NCBI GenBank assembly: GCA_964496425.1
Contig: CAZBZO010000003.1
Location: 55,728-119,727 of the forward strand
Direction of reading: 5' to 3'
From: an uncultured Candidatus Saccharibacteria bacterium
GTDB taxonomy: Bacteria; Patescibacteriota; Minisyncoccia; Phycocordibacterales; UBA9973
DNA length: 64,000 bases
Position 1 is the first letter of the stretch. Every line of letters starts with the position of its first letter. This document shows, in pieces, positions 37,006 to 47,130 of the stretch. The notes under the pieces were generated by a model. It saw only the letters and a program-made list of their open reading frames with translations, searched no databases and was not told the DNA's origin. Position numbers and translations under genes: made by a program.

Positions 37006-38004
37006 TTACTTATCCTCCTCTTTCTTTGTGTGCCCGTGGGCATCGACTTCGTATGCAGTGTTCTGGGCTTCAAAGAAGTTCACAAGTTCATAGACATCGG
37101 TGGCGCCGGCCATCCATTTTGCTGGATTGGTAGCATTGTAATGCTTCGGCATACCGAGCTCTTCCAAGCGGCGATCTGCTACGTATTTCACATATTGATT
37201 TACATAGTCAGCATTGAGGCCTAAAATGCCGTTTGGAAAGAGGTCTTTGTTGTAGGCGACTTCAAGATCGACACCTTCCACAACAATCGTCCGGATTTCT
37301 TCAGCAAATTCTGGCGTCAACAAATCAGGATTCTCTTCAAGAATATGCATGATGAGATTCATGCCAAACTTCAAGTGGAGTGACTCGTCGCGAATAACCC
37401 AGTTGATCATACTCGCAAAGTTTCGAAGTTTATTGCGCTGGCGGAACGACAAGACCACCATGAAGCCCGAATAGAACCAAACACCTTCCATGACAATATT
37501 GGTTGCTACGAGATTGCGAATAAAATCTTTTTTCCCTTGTGTCGTTTCAATATCTAGCGTGTCTTCGGTCATGCGGCGCAAATATTTTGTGATGAAGGCC
37601 TCTTTTTTTACCATTGAATCAGTCTGCGTGTGCACTTCATATATCGTATCGCGACCCATAGGAAATGTTTCAAGCACGTACTCAAAGGCTACACAGTGGT
37701 TGGCCTCTTCCCACATTTGCTTCGCAAGATACAAATGGCATTCAGGAGACTTAATATACGGATAGACACCGAGCGCAAGAGAGCGGTTCACAATAAGCTC
37801 TGCCGGATTGAAAAATGACATGAGGAATTTTACGGCATGACGTTCATCTTCCGTCATATCGTTCCAGTCTTTCAAATCTTCCCCGAGCGGGATCTCATGA
37901 GGGAACCATGTGTTGCGCACAGCTTGGTTGTAGAGTTCATAGGCCCACTTATAGTGCATGGGATGCAGGGATGTATCTTCTGGTGTAGCTTTTCCGATCA
38001 ACAT
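37006..38004 (-). CDS. nrdB: Ribonucleotide reductase small subunit, class Ic (R2c) type
   Basis: FFNPAELIV (Glu ligand), EEANHCVAF (Phe at radical Tyr site), EGVWFYSGF, RDESLH, NFFE...Y. Confidence 0.92.
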   Translation of the reverse strand: MLIGKATPEDTSLHPMHYKWAYELYNQAVRNTWFPHEIPLGEDLKDWNDMTEDERHAVKFLMSFFNPAELIVNRSLALGVYPYIKSPECHLYLAKQMWEEANHCVAFEYVLETFPMGRDTIYEVHTQTDSMVKKEAFITKYLRRMTEDTLDIETTQGKKDFIRNLVATNIVMEGVWFYSGFMVVLSFRQRNKLRNFASMINWVIRDESLHLKFGMNLIMHILEENPDLLTPEFAEEIRTIVVEGVDLEVAYNKDLFPNGILGLNADYVNQYVKYVADRRLEELGMPKHYNATNPAKWMAGATDVYELVNFFEAQNTAYEVDAHGHTKKEEDK

Positions 38005-38006
38005 AA

Positions 38007-38093
38007 TAGTAGTTAGTAGTTAGTAGTAAATAGTTAGTAGGACGACATAGTTAGTGTATTTTTCTACTTACTACTAACTACTTTCTACTAACT
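38007..38093. repeat. TAGTAGT heptamer array with inverted partner
   Basis: (TAGTAGT)x3, TAGTTAGTAG ... CTACTAACTA in nrdA-nrdB spacer. Confidence 0.75.
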
Positions 38094-38094
38094 G

Positions 38095-40659
38095 TTATTG
38101 GCATCCTTCACACAACAATGCATCTTGCGGATCCTCCGGTCCATGAACAACAAGTGTTGGTTTTTCCTTTTTTAATACGAGAGGAGGAGTCTCAATAGCA
38201 ATCTCAGGCATTGCCGCAACTACAGGAGTAGGTTCCACATATGGAGCTTCGGCAACCTCCTCTTTCTTTTCTTTGGTGCTAAATACTGCTGAAAATCCTT
38301 TATGTCCTTGCGCTTCGGATTTGTTGACTCGCGTCGTAGATTGCTCCGCATTGTGCTTCGGCTTCATGTGAAGATAGTACGTCGTCTTCAATCCCTTCTC
38401 CCACGCTGTCGAATAAATCTTCATTATTTCATCAACATCCCGGATTTCAAGATACATATTGCGCGAAATAGCTTGGTCTACCCATTTTTGCGCTCGAGCT
38501 GCAACTTCCACGAAAGCATATGGTGAAGTAGAAAATGATGTCTTATACATTGCTTTGATGTGCTCGGGGATTTCAGGAATATCGGCAAGGTCGCCATGCT
38601 GTTCAAGAATGGTCTCGCGATGCTTGTCCCAAAGATCAAGCGCGCGCAAATCGTTCACCAGGTTTGGATTGATCTCAAGATATTTTCCGGAAATTTTATT
38701 TCGAGAAAACATTTGAGCAAAGCGCGGATCAATGCCTGGCGACGTACCGGCGACGAGACCGATGTTCGCATTTGGAGCGATAGCAAGCACCGTAGCATTG
38801 CGAACACCTTTACGTACTTTTTTACGAAGTGCATCCCAATCCACTTGCGGAATCACTTCAAGACTTTCGGTCGGAATCGTCACCGCGAGTCCACGCTCAG
38901 ATTCAAGTTTTTTAAATGTATCCATCGGCACCATACCTTTACTCCAGCCGGAACCCTCGAAATTGTCATAACTACCACGTTCTGCAGCTAAATTGGCCGA
39001 CTCATCGATCGCCATGTAGCTAATGAATTCAAATACTTTGTCCGATAGATCAAACGCTTCTTTGTCTTCATATGAAAACCCGAGTTGTTCAATAGCGTCG
39101 GCAAAACCCATAAGTCCGAGTCCCACAGCACGGTTTTCAGAGTCGGCCTTGATCGCTTCTGCGATCGGGAGCTTGTTGACGTCGATCAAATTGTCGAGCT
39201 GGCGGATCGCTAAGCGTACGCTCTCTTCAAGACGCATCCAGTCGATCTGGCGGGCCACGATATGGCGCGGTAAGTTGATGGAAACCAAATTACAGACTGC
39301 CACATTGTCTTTATTTTGCGGCAAAGTGACTTCGGTACAGAGGTTGGAGGCATGGATCGTCCCGGTGTTGTTATTGAGTGCACGGAGATTGATGGTATCT
39401 TTCCAGGTTAGCCATGGATGCGATGTGGTCTCAAGGGAAACAAGGATATTCTTATACTGCTGGCGAGCTGGCATTTTCTTCCACATTTTCATATCGCCTG
39501 CTTCGGCCATTTGGGTATATTCCCCATAGCGCTTGGAAAAAGCTTTACCGTAGAGCTCTATCAAATCTGGTGTTTCTTTCGGATCAAACAAGTACCAATC
39601 ACTATCTTCTTTGACGCGCTTCATAAATTCGTCCGAAAGATAGACTGCGGTATCGGCGGTACGAGTACGACGATAGTCATCCCCTGCGTTTTGCTTCAGA
39701 TCGAGAAAATCTTGGAAATCAATATGCCAGTTTTCCATATAGAAACACAGAGCACCTTTTTTCTTGCCCCCGCGCTGCACGGCACGCACGGCCGAGTCAA
39801 TAATATGAAGAAATGGCACTGGGCCAGACGAGACAGTGTTGTTTGATTTGAGTACCGATCCATTGGCGCGAAGTTTAGTGACCGCAAGGCCGATGCCGCC
39901 GGTAGCCTTCGAGAGCATCAGCACATCCTTCACAGTTTTTCCAATATGATCCATATCGTCTTCGACTTGCATCAAGAAACAGTTGGAAAGCGAAGGACGA
40001 GTTGTCGCGGCACCAATGTTGGTCGAACCGGCAGAGAGATATTCAAGTTTGCTCATTTTGTCATAAAACTTTTTCGCCCAATCAGTCGGATTTTTTTCTT
40101 TCAAGGACATACCCATAGCAACTCGCATCCAAAAATATTGTGGTGTCTCGAGTGGTTTCTGGCTCGCATCTTTAATAAGATAGCGATCCATCATTGTTGA
40201 GATACCAGAATACTTATAGAGCTCATCGCGTTCGATCTTGAGCGCTTTGGAAAGTTCGTCGAGATCGAAAACTTTCGCAAGCTTTGGATCAAGAAGTCCA
40301 AGTTCGATACCGAGACGAATATAATGAGGGAAATGTCCGCGGTGAAGCGTGGTGAGCTCTTCTTTGGTGTCGAATCCGCCGATGACTTTCTTGTAGAGCG
40401 TTTTCAAAAGGAGACGTGTGGCAATTTTATCGTAATCGAGATCATACTGCGCGTTTTGAAGAGCCGCATTGATCGTCGCTTGATCCATTTCCTCCGTCGT
40501 AATCCCGTCATAGACCGTGAGCTCGGTCTCGGAAGCGATTTGGGTCACCTTACCGATCGGATCAGAGAGACCATAACATGCACGTTCGATCGAACGATTG
40601 ATTCGATCGGCGTTAAAAGGCTCTCGGGTTCCGTCTCGTTTGGTGATTGAAATGCTCAT
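38095..40659 (-). CDS. nrdA: Ribonucleoside-diphosphate reductase alpha subunit with ATP cone
   Basis: ITKRDG ATP cone, LSNCF, SNLCTE, VCNL, APNA, KTTYY, C-terminal CEGCQ. Confidence 0.95.
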   Translation of the reverse strand: MSISITKRDGTREPFNADRINRSIERACYGLSDPIGKVTQIASETELTVYDGITTEEMDQATINAALQNAQYDLDYDKIATRLLLKTLYKKVIGGFDTKEELTTLHRGHFPHYIRLGIELGLLDPKLAKVFDLDELSKALKIERDELYKYSGISTMMDRYLIKDASQKPLETPQYFWMRVAMGMSLKEKNPTDWAKKFYDKMSKLEYLSAGSTNIGAATTRPSLSNCFLMQVEDDMDHIGKTVKDVLMLSKATGGIGLAVTKLRANGSVLKSNNTVSSGPVPFLHIIDSAVRAVQRGGKKKGALCFYMENWHIDFQDFLDLKQNAGDDYRRTRTADTAVYLSDEFMKRVKEDSDWYLFDPKETPDLIELYGKAFSKRYGEYTQMAEAGDMKMWKKMPARQQYKNILVSLETTSHPWLTWKDTINLRALNNNTGTIHASNLCTEVTLPQNKDNVAVCNLVSINLPRHIVARQIDWMRLEESVRLAIRQLDNLIDVNKLPIAEAIKADSENRAVGLGLMGFADAIEQLGFSYEDKEAFDLSDKVFEFISYMAIDESANLAAERGSYDNFEGSGWSKGMVPMDTFKKLESERGLAVTIPTESLEVIPQVDWDALRKKVRKGVRNATVLAIAPNANIGLVAGTSPGIDPRFAQMFSRNKISGKYLEINPNLVNDLRALDLWDKHRETILEQHGDLADIPEIPEHIKAMYKTSFSTSPYAFVEVAARAQKWVDQAISRNMYLEIRDVDEIMKIYSTAWEKGLKTTYYLHMKPKHNAEQSTTRVNKSEAQGHKGFSAVFSTKEKKEEVAEAPYVEPTPVVAAMPEIAIETPPLVLKKEKPTLVVHGPEDPQDALLCEGCQ

Positions 40660-40788
40660 AGATGTTTTTTAAATAATGTTACGTGAGTAATAATAGATGC
40701 AAAAATAAATTGATATGGGGAATCAATTATAACTTAAAAAAACAAAGAAGGATACACGGGCGACATCAGTAGGAGTAATGCGGGTACA

Positions 40789-40844
40789 ATTGTAGCATCG
40801 GAAAAATCACTCGCAAGTGGGGATAACCCTACGATATATAGGTT
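40789..40844 (-). promoter_or_regulatory. nrdAB promoter and possible single NrdR-box-like site
   Basis: TTGCGA-16-TACAAT with extended TG; ctacgatatataggtt at 40829-40844 resembles the NrdR consensus. Confidence 0.4.
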
Positions 40845-40952
40845 TTTTGATGAGTGGTAAACGAGCTTACGGTAATTGATTTATTTACCGCAAAAAAACA
40901 TGGATTAGACTCGGAGTCTATACTATGAGGAGAAAAATCGGCTTAGAAAAAT

Positions 40953-41612
40953 TTAAACTGGTGTAAAATCCAAAAATTTTTCACAATATGGAGCGACGGA
41001 AGCGTCAGTAATAGCGGCAATTGAACCAATTAACTGCTTTTCAATCTCTTTTTCAAGCAAAAACACGCCTTGATGGAATTTTTCTCGCTCTTCACGCTTA
41101 TCTTGATCTTCCGGCATGCCATAACGGACAATACCGTCGGAAATTCTCTCTACAACAGAGACCACGCCCTGCGGAACAACTCGTAAATCAGCATATGCAC
41201 AAATATATTTTGAAAAATCCTTGGAATCAAGAACAAAAAATACTCGATCGAACCCAACACCATCTATACACTCCTGCGTAAACGGAGAAACACCAAGATC
41301 TTTCGCAATACGCACATGCACCTGATGTTCATTGGTGCCGTAACGAGCAATAAAATCTTTTTTCACAATTTCCCAGTACGGGATATCGATTTCAGGATAA
41401 AACTTTTTAGTCTTTTCAAAATCAAATTTGATAATATTTCCCATATCATGAAGCAGGCAAGCGGAAATAATTTCGTCTCGATGTAATTGTTTTTGTACTT
41501 CTTCACTCGTGTGGTCACATACCCACGCCGCGACGCCTGCCACGCGCAGCATGTGCTCGCGGAGATTCGGAATAATATTATACTCGTCGTAAATTTCAGA
41601 AATAGTTTTCAT
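40953..41612 (-). CDS. HD-domain protein
   Basis: EHMLRVA, LLHDMGN, H, YAD. Confidence 0.85.
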   Translation of the reverse strand: MKTISEIYDEYNIIPNLREHMLRVAGVAAWVCDHTSEEVQKQLHRDEIISACLLHDMGNIIKFDFEKTKKFYPEIDIPYWEIVKKDFIARYGTNEHQVHVRIAKDLGVSPFTQECIDGVGFDRVFFVLDSKDFSKYICAYADLRVVPQGVVSVVERISDGIVRYGMPEDQDKREEREKFHQGVFLLEKEIEKQLIGSIAAITDASVAPYCEKFLDFTPV

Positions 41613-41675
41613 GCTGTGAGTATATAAAAAATGACCCGTAACTCAAAACAAGTTACAGGCCAAGTCAAAATAATT

Positions 41676-42254
41676 TCAGTCACCTTCCATCAATAAATAC
41701 CGAGTACTGGTGAAATGCCAATGATCTCCATACCAAAACAATTTGATTTTCTGGTAATTCCCAATATCATTCTCGACAGACTTCTCAATTGAAAATGTAT
41801 ACGCAATATCTTTTCTCATACATATACCCCAAAGCTTCTCCGCTTGTTTTGATTTTTTAAACAAAACGAAGAGAATACGCCAGAACATTTTTTCTTTAAT
41901 GGGAGCGAATTCAGAATTCATTCGTATTTCATCAATCGGATCGCCTATAAATACTGGGGAAATAATATTCTTCAATCCAGTAAGAATTTTTGGGACAGCA
42001 ATAATTTCATTTTTTGTAGGGAGGTAGAAAGTCTTCTCGAATTCTTCTTCAAAACTAAAATGATCTCGAGAGAACACTTCCCAAACTTTAAAGAGTTTAC
42101 ACTCATCCAGTTCCCCGTCCTTGATTTTTTCAAGGGCATATTGAAGCAACATAGGATTAAGTTTGCAGCAACGACTACGATATTGCTTCTCGATTTCGAA
42201 AATTATACTGCTTAAGTGATCACGCTGATCACTACTAACGCTAAAGAACGTCAT
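41676..42254 (-). CDS. Hypothetical protein (AT-rich)
   Basis: Long ORF filling the gap; no recognised motif; start uncertain. Confidence 0.55.
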   Translation of the reverse strand: MTFFSVSSDQRDHLSSIIFEIEKQYRSRCCKLNPMLLQYALEKIKDGELDECKLFKVWEVFSRDHFSFEEEFEKTFYLPTKNEIIAVPKILTGLKNIISPVFIGDPIDEIRMNSEFAPIKEKMFWRILFVLFKKSKQAEKLWGICMRKDIAYTFSIEKSVENDIGNYQKIKLFWYGDHWHFTSTRYLLMEGD

Positions 42255-42362
42255 AAAAAAGATTTTATTTGAAATGAAAAGAAACTGTTTCAGGAGAGCT
42301 AAAGAGCTCAACAGCAAACCGAAGAGAGAAACTTCAACCACATTTAAGCACGACAGAATAGA

Positions 42363-43619
42363 TTAGTCAACGGAAGCAGCTGTCAGTTTTGGTTTGAAGA
42401 AAAAATTGAAAATAATTCCTCCGACCATGATCACGATACCCCCGATAATGATCGGTGTGGAGGGCGTCAGTGTCGCCGCAACAAATCCTGAGATGATTGG
42501 CGGGATAGCTTGGGCAAGAGCTTGGACGCTCGCATTGATACCAAGTATTTCGCCTTGAATCGAAGGCTCAACTGATCGAGACAAAAGAGCAGTTAGGTTG
42601 GCCATTGAAAGCCCAGCGGGAATTGAAACAAACGGCACCACAAAGAGAAGCTGCCACGGCATATTCGGCAAGAAATATAAAAAGAGACACGCACCAGCGG
42701 CGACAAGCGTAATCCGTACAATTTTATCTTCGCTAAATCGCTTATTCATCCGCCGTGTGATGACGACTTGAGTAAATGCTGTCCAAAGTCCAAGGTAGGC
42801 AAAAAAGTCCCCAATGTTGCCTTGGCTAAAACCGAATTTCTTGATCAGAAAAACGCTAAAGAATGTGGTGAAAAATGTGAAGCCGGCGTAAAAGAAAAAG
42901 TTGGTAAGAAATAAAACATTCACGCCTTTCATACTAAACGCTTTTTTAATATTTTGTATTGAGCGATTCCATGTGACTTTTCCATGGATAAGATATTTAT
43001 TCGTCTCGGGAAACCGGATGATGACGGAAATAGCATTGGCACCGGCCAAAAGAGCCGCAAACCAAAATGGCGTGGCAGCGTTAAACCACGATATGACTGA
43101 CGGATCAGAAAGTTTGCCACCAATGAAAGGACCGACGATGAAACCGAGTCCAAAGGCGGCTCCGATCAAACCAAAATTCTTTGCACGTTTTTCAGGCGGT
43201 GTGACGTCCGCGATCGCCGCTTGTGCAACCGCAATATTGCCGCCCGTAAGACCATCAAAAAATCGTGCCGCAAACAAAAGCGGGATATTATGGGTGATGA
43301 CGCCGATAGCGAAAACGATATAGGAAAGCGAGGTACCGGCAATAGAAAATGCCAGCACTTTCCTGCGACCATAAAAATCAGAAAGCTGACCGAGTATCGG
43401 AGTGGCGATGAATTGTCCGATCGGAAAAATCGCGATTAAAAGTCCTAGCAATATGTATCCATGGGAAACTGAAGCTCCAATGGGTAGTAAATAAAATGGC
43501 GATGCTGGATCAGCGAGAAGCTCGGGAATAACCGGGATAAGAATTCCGAAACCTAACAGATCGATAAATATCGTAAAAAAAATAAGTCCGATGGGGCTTT
43601 TTGGTTTCGTATCTGACAT
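42363..43619 (-). CDS. MFS drug:H+ antiporter (TetA/DHA1-like)
   Basis: IDLLGFGILIP, GQLSDFYGRR, DVT....R...FG.IGAAFGLGF..GP. Confidence 0.9.
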   Translation of the reverse strand: MSDTKPKSPIGLIFFTIFIDLLGFGILIPVIPELLADPASPFYLLPIGASVSHGYILLGLLIAIFPIGQFIATPILGQLSDFYGRRKVLAFSIAGTSLSYIVFAIGVITHNIPLLFAARFFDGLTGGNIAVAQAAIADVTPPEKRAKNFGLIGAAFGLGFIVGPFIGGKLSDPSVISWFNAATPFWFAALLAGANAISVIIRFPETNKYLIHGKVTWNRSIQNIKKAFSMKGVNVLFLTNFFFYAGFTFFTTFFSVFLIKKFGFSQGNIGDFFAYLGLWTAFTQVVITRRMNKRFSEDKIVRITLVAAGACLFLYFLPNMPWQLLFVVPFVSIPAGLSMANLTALLSRSVEPSIQGEILGINASVQALAQAIPPIISGFVAATLTPSTPIIIGGIVIMVGGIIFNFFFKPKLTAASVD

Positions 43620-43701
43620 ATTCTTATCCTAACACAATTTTTATGTGAATTTAAAAAATGTGCGTTCAGGCACATTAGAAAAAAATTAACTAATTACAAT
43701 C

Positions 43702-44331
43702 TTAGCTCAGATGCCGATAGTCGTTCCATTCTATCAAATGCCAATGAGCTGGTTCACGATGCTCAAAGACCACGAGACCTCCGGTCTTAATATTTGTGGA
43801 AAGTAAAAAGCGATAGTAGATATCAAAGGTCAGATGTTCTTCAAACATCAGCGTGAGTGCAAGTGCCTTAATAAAAGTACTGTGGGTAACGATCGCAATC
43901 TTTTCTTTATTGAGAGCGATCAAGTATGCGATCGCTTTCTCTGCACGAGCACGAATGTCGAGAAAATTTTCTTCGTCCTCATAGTGCCACAGCGGCTCTG
44001 TACGATTGTGCTCGCGAATGGTCGTACGAATCTTTTGTATCGACTCTTCATAAAATGGCTTATTCAAAAATGAGCTGGCAATTTTTTTCTCTCGAAAAAT
44101 ATCATGGGCGACTGGAGTTCTGCCGATCGCTCGGCCCACGATAGTGGCTGTTTCTTCTGCTCGCGATATTGGGCTTGTGATAAGAGCATCAAATGGCGCT
44201 TCTTTCGCAAGATGCTCTGCCAAAAGCCGAGCCTGATGTATACCAGCATCGTTTAAATGATCAGCATCTGGGCCAAAAATCTTGTCCCGGGCGTTGTCTG
44301 TCTCTCCATGTCGAATAAAATAAAATTTCAT
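43702..44331 (-). CDS. Histidine phosphatase family protein
   Basis: IRHGET, TSP..RA.ETA, VTH. Confidence 0.88.
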   Translation of the reverse strand: MKFYFIRHGETDNARDKIFGPDADHLNDAGIHQARLLAEHLAKEAPFDALITSPISRAEETATIVGRAIGRTPVAHDIFREKKIASSFLNKPFYEESIQKIRTTIREHNRTEPLWHYEDEENFLDIRARAEKAIAYLIALNKEKIAIVTHSTFIKALALTLMFEEHLTFDIYYRFLLSTNIKTGGLVVFEHREPAHWHLIEWNDYRHLS

Positions 44332-44351
44332 AGTATTTCCAACTCCCAAAG

Positions 44352-44446
44352 TTGAAATAGCATTTTTGAGGTCTCTCGCAGGCCGGCGGGCCGAGAGGGA
44401 GCAAATTTTAGTAAAAAATTATGCGACCTCAAAAATACTATTTCAA
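44352..44446. mobile_element. 95-bp MITE-like element with 22-bp terminal inverted repeats
   Basis: TTGAAATAGCATTTTTGAGGTC ... GACCTCAAAAATACTATTTCAA (1 mismatch); internal CTCTCG/CGAGAG hairpin. Confidence 0.55.
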
Positions 44447-44453
44447 TGCCCTT

Positions 44454-46274
44454 CTATTCCACCGTCACCGACTTCGCCAAGTTACGCGGCTTGTCGACCG
44501 GTTTGCCGGAGAGTGACGCGATATAGTAGGCGAAAAGCTGAAGTGGTACTGCCGCCAAAATCGGAGAAAGCATTTCTTTTGTTTCTGGAATAAAAAACAC
44601 GTCACTCACAAGCTCTTCGACATCCTTATCCCCCACCGTCGCAAGCGCCAAGACCGGTCCCTTGCGAGCGCGTACTTCAGTCACATTGGAAATCATTTTT
44701 TCATACACACTATCTTTGAGGAGAAGTGCAACAGTCGGGAAAAGCTCATCAATCATAGCAAGCGGTCCATGTTTCATTTCACCGGCACCATAACCTTCCG
44801 CGTGAATATATGAAATCTCTTTGAGCTTGAGCGCTCCTTCAAGTGCCGAAGGATAATTGTATTTGCGGCCGATAAACATAAAGTCTCGATATCCGCTGTA
44901 TCGCTCGGCGAGAATTTTAATTTCCTCTCGCGCATGCAGTATCTCGTCGAGCTTAGCGGGAATATCCAAAAGACCCTGCACAAGCGATTTACCTTCTTCT
45001 TCTGTCATGCTTCTTTGTCGTCCAAGATACAACGTAAAAAGAGAAAGCACGATGAGTTGTGAAATAAAAGCTTTGGTGGATGCGACACCAATCTCCGGCC
45101 CAGCATGATTGTAGACGCCGGCATCAGTTTCGCGAGCAATGGTGGATCCAACGACGTTTACAATACCCAAGGTCAGTGCACCCTTACGCTTGGCCTCACG
45201 GATCGCTTCAATTGTGTCTGCTGTTTCACCGGATTGTGATACGGCAAGAAGGACCGTATCTTTGTCGATCACGGGCGAGCGATAGCGGAATTCAGAGGCA
45301 ATCTCCACTTCCACTGGTATCCCCGCATATTCTTCAAGCATGTATTCTCCGACCAGTCCTGCATAGTAGGCCGTACCGCAACCGACAATAATGATCCGTT
45401 TAATATTTTTGAGTTTGTCTGCCACATCGATCAAGCCGCCGAGCTTTGCCATGCCACGCTCAGCAATCAGCCGGCCACGAAGCGTATTGCGCACGACTTC
45501 CGGCGCTTCCATCATTTCCTTCAACATAAAATGCTCGTAGCCACCTTTGGTGATCTCTTCAATATTGAAATCAATAATGTCAGGCAGTCGATCAATCAGC
45601 GTTTGCTCGAGCGTGTAAATCTTATATGCGTTCGGCGTAAGCACTGCTACTTCCCCATCGTTTAAGTACACGACATTTTTTGTATGCTGCATGAGTGGTG
45701 TAGCATCGGACGCAATAAAATTCTCATCCACACCCACACCGATGATGAGCGGGCTCCCCATGCGCGCAGCAATTATTTTTTCGGGCTCCTTCGTATCCAC
45801 GACCGCGAGTCCATAGGTGCCGCGAAGTTCTTTAAGCACGATCATCATGGCATCGAGTATCTTTGGTGTCGTTTTCAAAGTCTCAGCGATCAAATGCGCA
45901 ATGACTTCCGAATCGGTATCAGATGCAAATTGGTGCCCACGACCAGCAAGCATTGTTTTCAACTCTTTATAGTTTTCAATGATGCCATTGTGTACCAAAG
46001 ATATCCGCCCGGTATCGTCTGCGTGCGGATGAGCATTTTTTTCAAGCGGCTCACCATGAGTCGCCCAACGAGTGTGAGCAATGCCTGACGTACCTGTAAA
46101 ACCCGTAGGAATTTTTTTCTCGAGGTTATCAACTGGTCCGACTGCCCGAACAACTCCTGTCCCAGGAATAAAAATACCTGAGGAGTCATAGCCGCGATAT
46201 TCAAGCGCATGCAAGCCTTCAACCAAAAGGGTTGTAGCATTTCGTTTACCAGTGTAGGCGATAATTCCGCACAT
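44454..46274 (-). CDS. glmS: Glutamine--fructose-6-phosphate aminotransferase
   Basis: MCGI, HTRWATHG, HNGIIEN, SQSGETADT, PRNLAKSVTVE. Confidence 0.97.
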   Translation of the reverse strand: MCGIIAYTGKRNATTLLVEGLHALEYRGYDSSGIFIPGTGVVRAVGPVDNLEKKIPTGFTGTSGIAHTRWATHGEPLEKNAHPHADDTGRISLVHNGIIENYKELKTMLAGRGHQFASDTDSEVIAHLIAETLKTTPKILDAMMIVLKELRGTYGLAVVDTKEPEKIIAARMGSPLIIGVGVDENFIASDATPLMQHTKNVVYLNDGEVAVLTPNAYKIYTLEQTLIDRLPDIIDFNIEEITKGGYEHFMLKEMMEAPEVVRNTLRGRLIAERGMAKLGGLIDVADKLKNIKRIIIVGCGTAYYAGLVGEYMLEEYAGIPVEVEIASEFRYRSPVIDKDTVLLAVSQSGETADTIEAIREAKRKGALTLGIVNVVGSTIARETDAGVYNHAGPEIGVASTKAFISQLIVLSLFTLYLGRQRSMTEEEGKSLVQGLLDIPAKLDEILHAREEIKILAERYSGYRDFMFIGRKYNYPSALEGALKLKEISYIHAEGYGAGEMKHGPLAMIDELFPTVALLLKDSVYEKMISNVTEVRARKGPVLALATVGDKDVEELVSDVFFIPETKEMLSPILAAVPLQLFAYYIASLSGKPVDKPRNLAKSVTVE

Positions 46275-46310
46275 ATGGGTCTATCGTAACAGAAAACAAA
46301 CAACTCGCAA

Positions 46311-46481
46311 CTATATGAACCCGAGCAAAATAGCAAAAATAAAGAGGCTACCAAGGAAGCCGAGGACGGGATGGATGCGGTAGAGGATGATATCAGCCAC
46401 CAAAAGCACGAAAAACACCACATAGCCGAGGTCCTGAATACGAACGAGTATATCTTGGGCGATTTGTTGTAGGGATTCCAT
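46311..46481 (-). CDS. 56-aa two-TM membrane protein
   Basis: Manual translation MESLQQIAQDILVRIQDLGYVVFFVLLVADIILYRIHPVLGFLGSLFIFAILLGFI*; below ORF-track cutoff. Confidence 0.65.
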   Translation of the reverse strand: MESLQQIAQDILVRIQDLGYVVFFVLLVADIILYRIHPVLGFLGSLFIFAILLGFI

Positions 46482-46583
46482 ACATAAATTATATCATCGC
46501 TACTGCTCTTGTCGAGCTTTGACTCAAGGTAAAGGAAAGGATATAGTAGGGGCAAAATTTAACTCATTGTAAAAAACAAACTC

Positions 46584-47066
46584 ATGAAACTGAAAGAAAT
46601 AGCTCGTTACATGTTGAAAAAACATGGCATCCCTTCTGTTGCCGCAATCCCCAAAGCTTGTGGATTTTGTCTCGGTAATGTCCTTTTTAATGACACCCAT
46701 GGTGAACCGGGAAGAATTTTATTTTGTCCGTACTGTGAAGAAACTGGAGAAGAATCGCTAATCCACGTAAACATCCCAAAAGGGAAAGATTTTGTGATGT
46801 TAAAAATTCAACGTACAAAAAAATCTTTCATTTTGCCGGCTGGTGCTACCAACTCTTCCAGAATTTATATGATGGCTAAAAATAGCAACCATCGTAGAAC
46901 AGATGATAGTTACACTTCTGTTTCTGTTTCCGAATATAAGCACGGCAAACGACCAGAGAAAAAGGTTGCTCCAATCAACTCAGAACCGACCCGAACTAAC
47001 GAGCCTCGAATATCGGGGAATAATAAGAAGCAAAAAATAAACCTCCACACGATTTTTGACGAATGA
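46584..47066 (+). CDS. Hypothetical basic protein with zinc ribbon
   Basis: CGFC...CPYC; Lys/Arg-rich. Confidence 0.55.
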   Translation: MKLKEIARYMLKKHGIPSVAAIPKACGFCLGNVLFNDTHGEPGRILFCPYCEETGEESLIHVNIPKGKDFVMLKIQRTKKSFILPAGATNSSRIYMMAKNSNHRRTDDSYTSVSVSEYKHGKRPEKKVAPINSEPTRTNEPRISGNNKKQKINLHTIFDE

Positions 47067-47130
47067 ATGACAACTAACCATCTCTATCAGAAAAGCGCTC
47101 AATGTAATATACTGAGCGCTTCTTTTTTTC

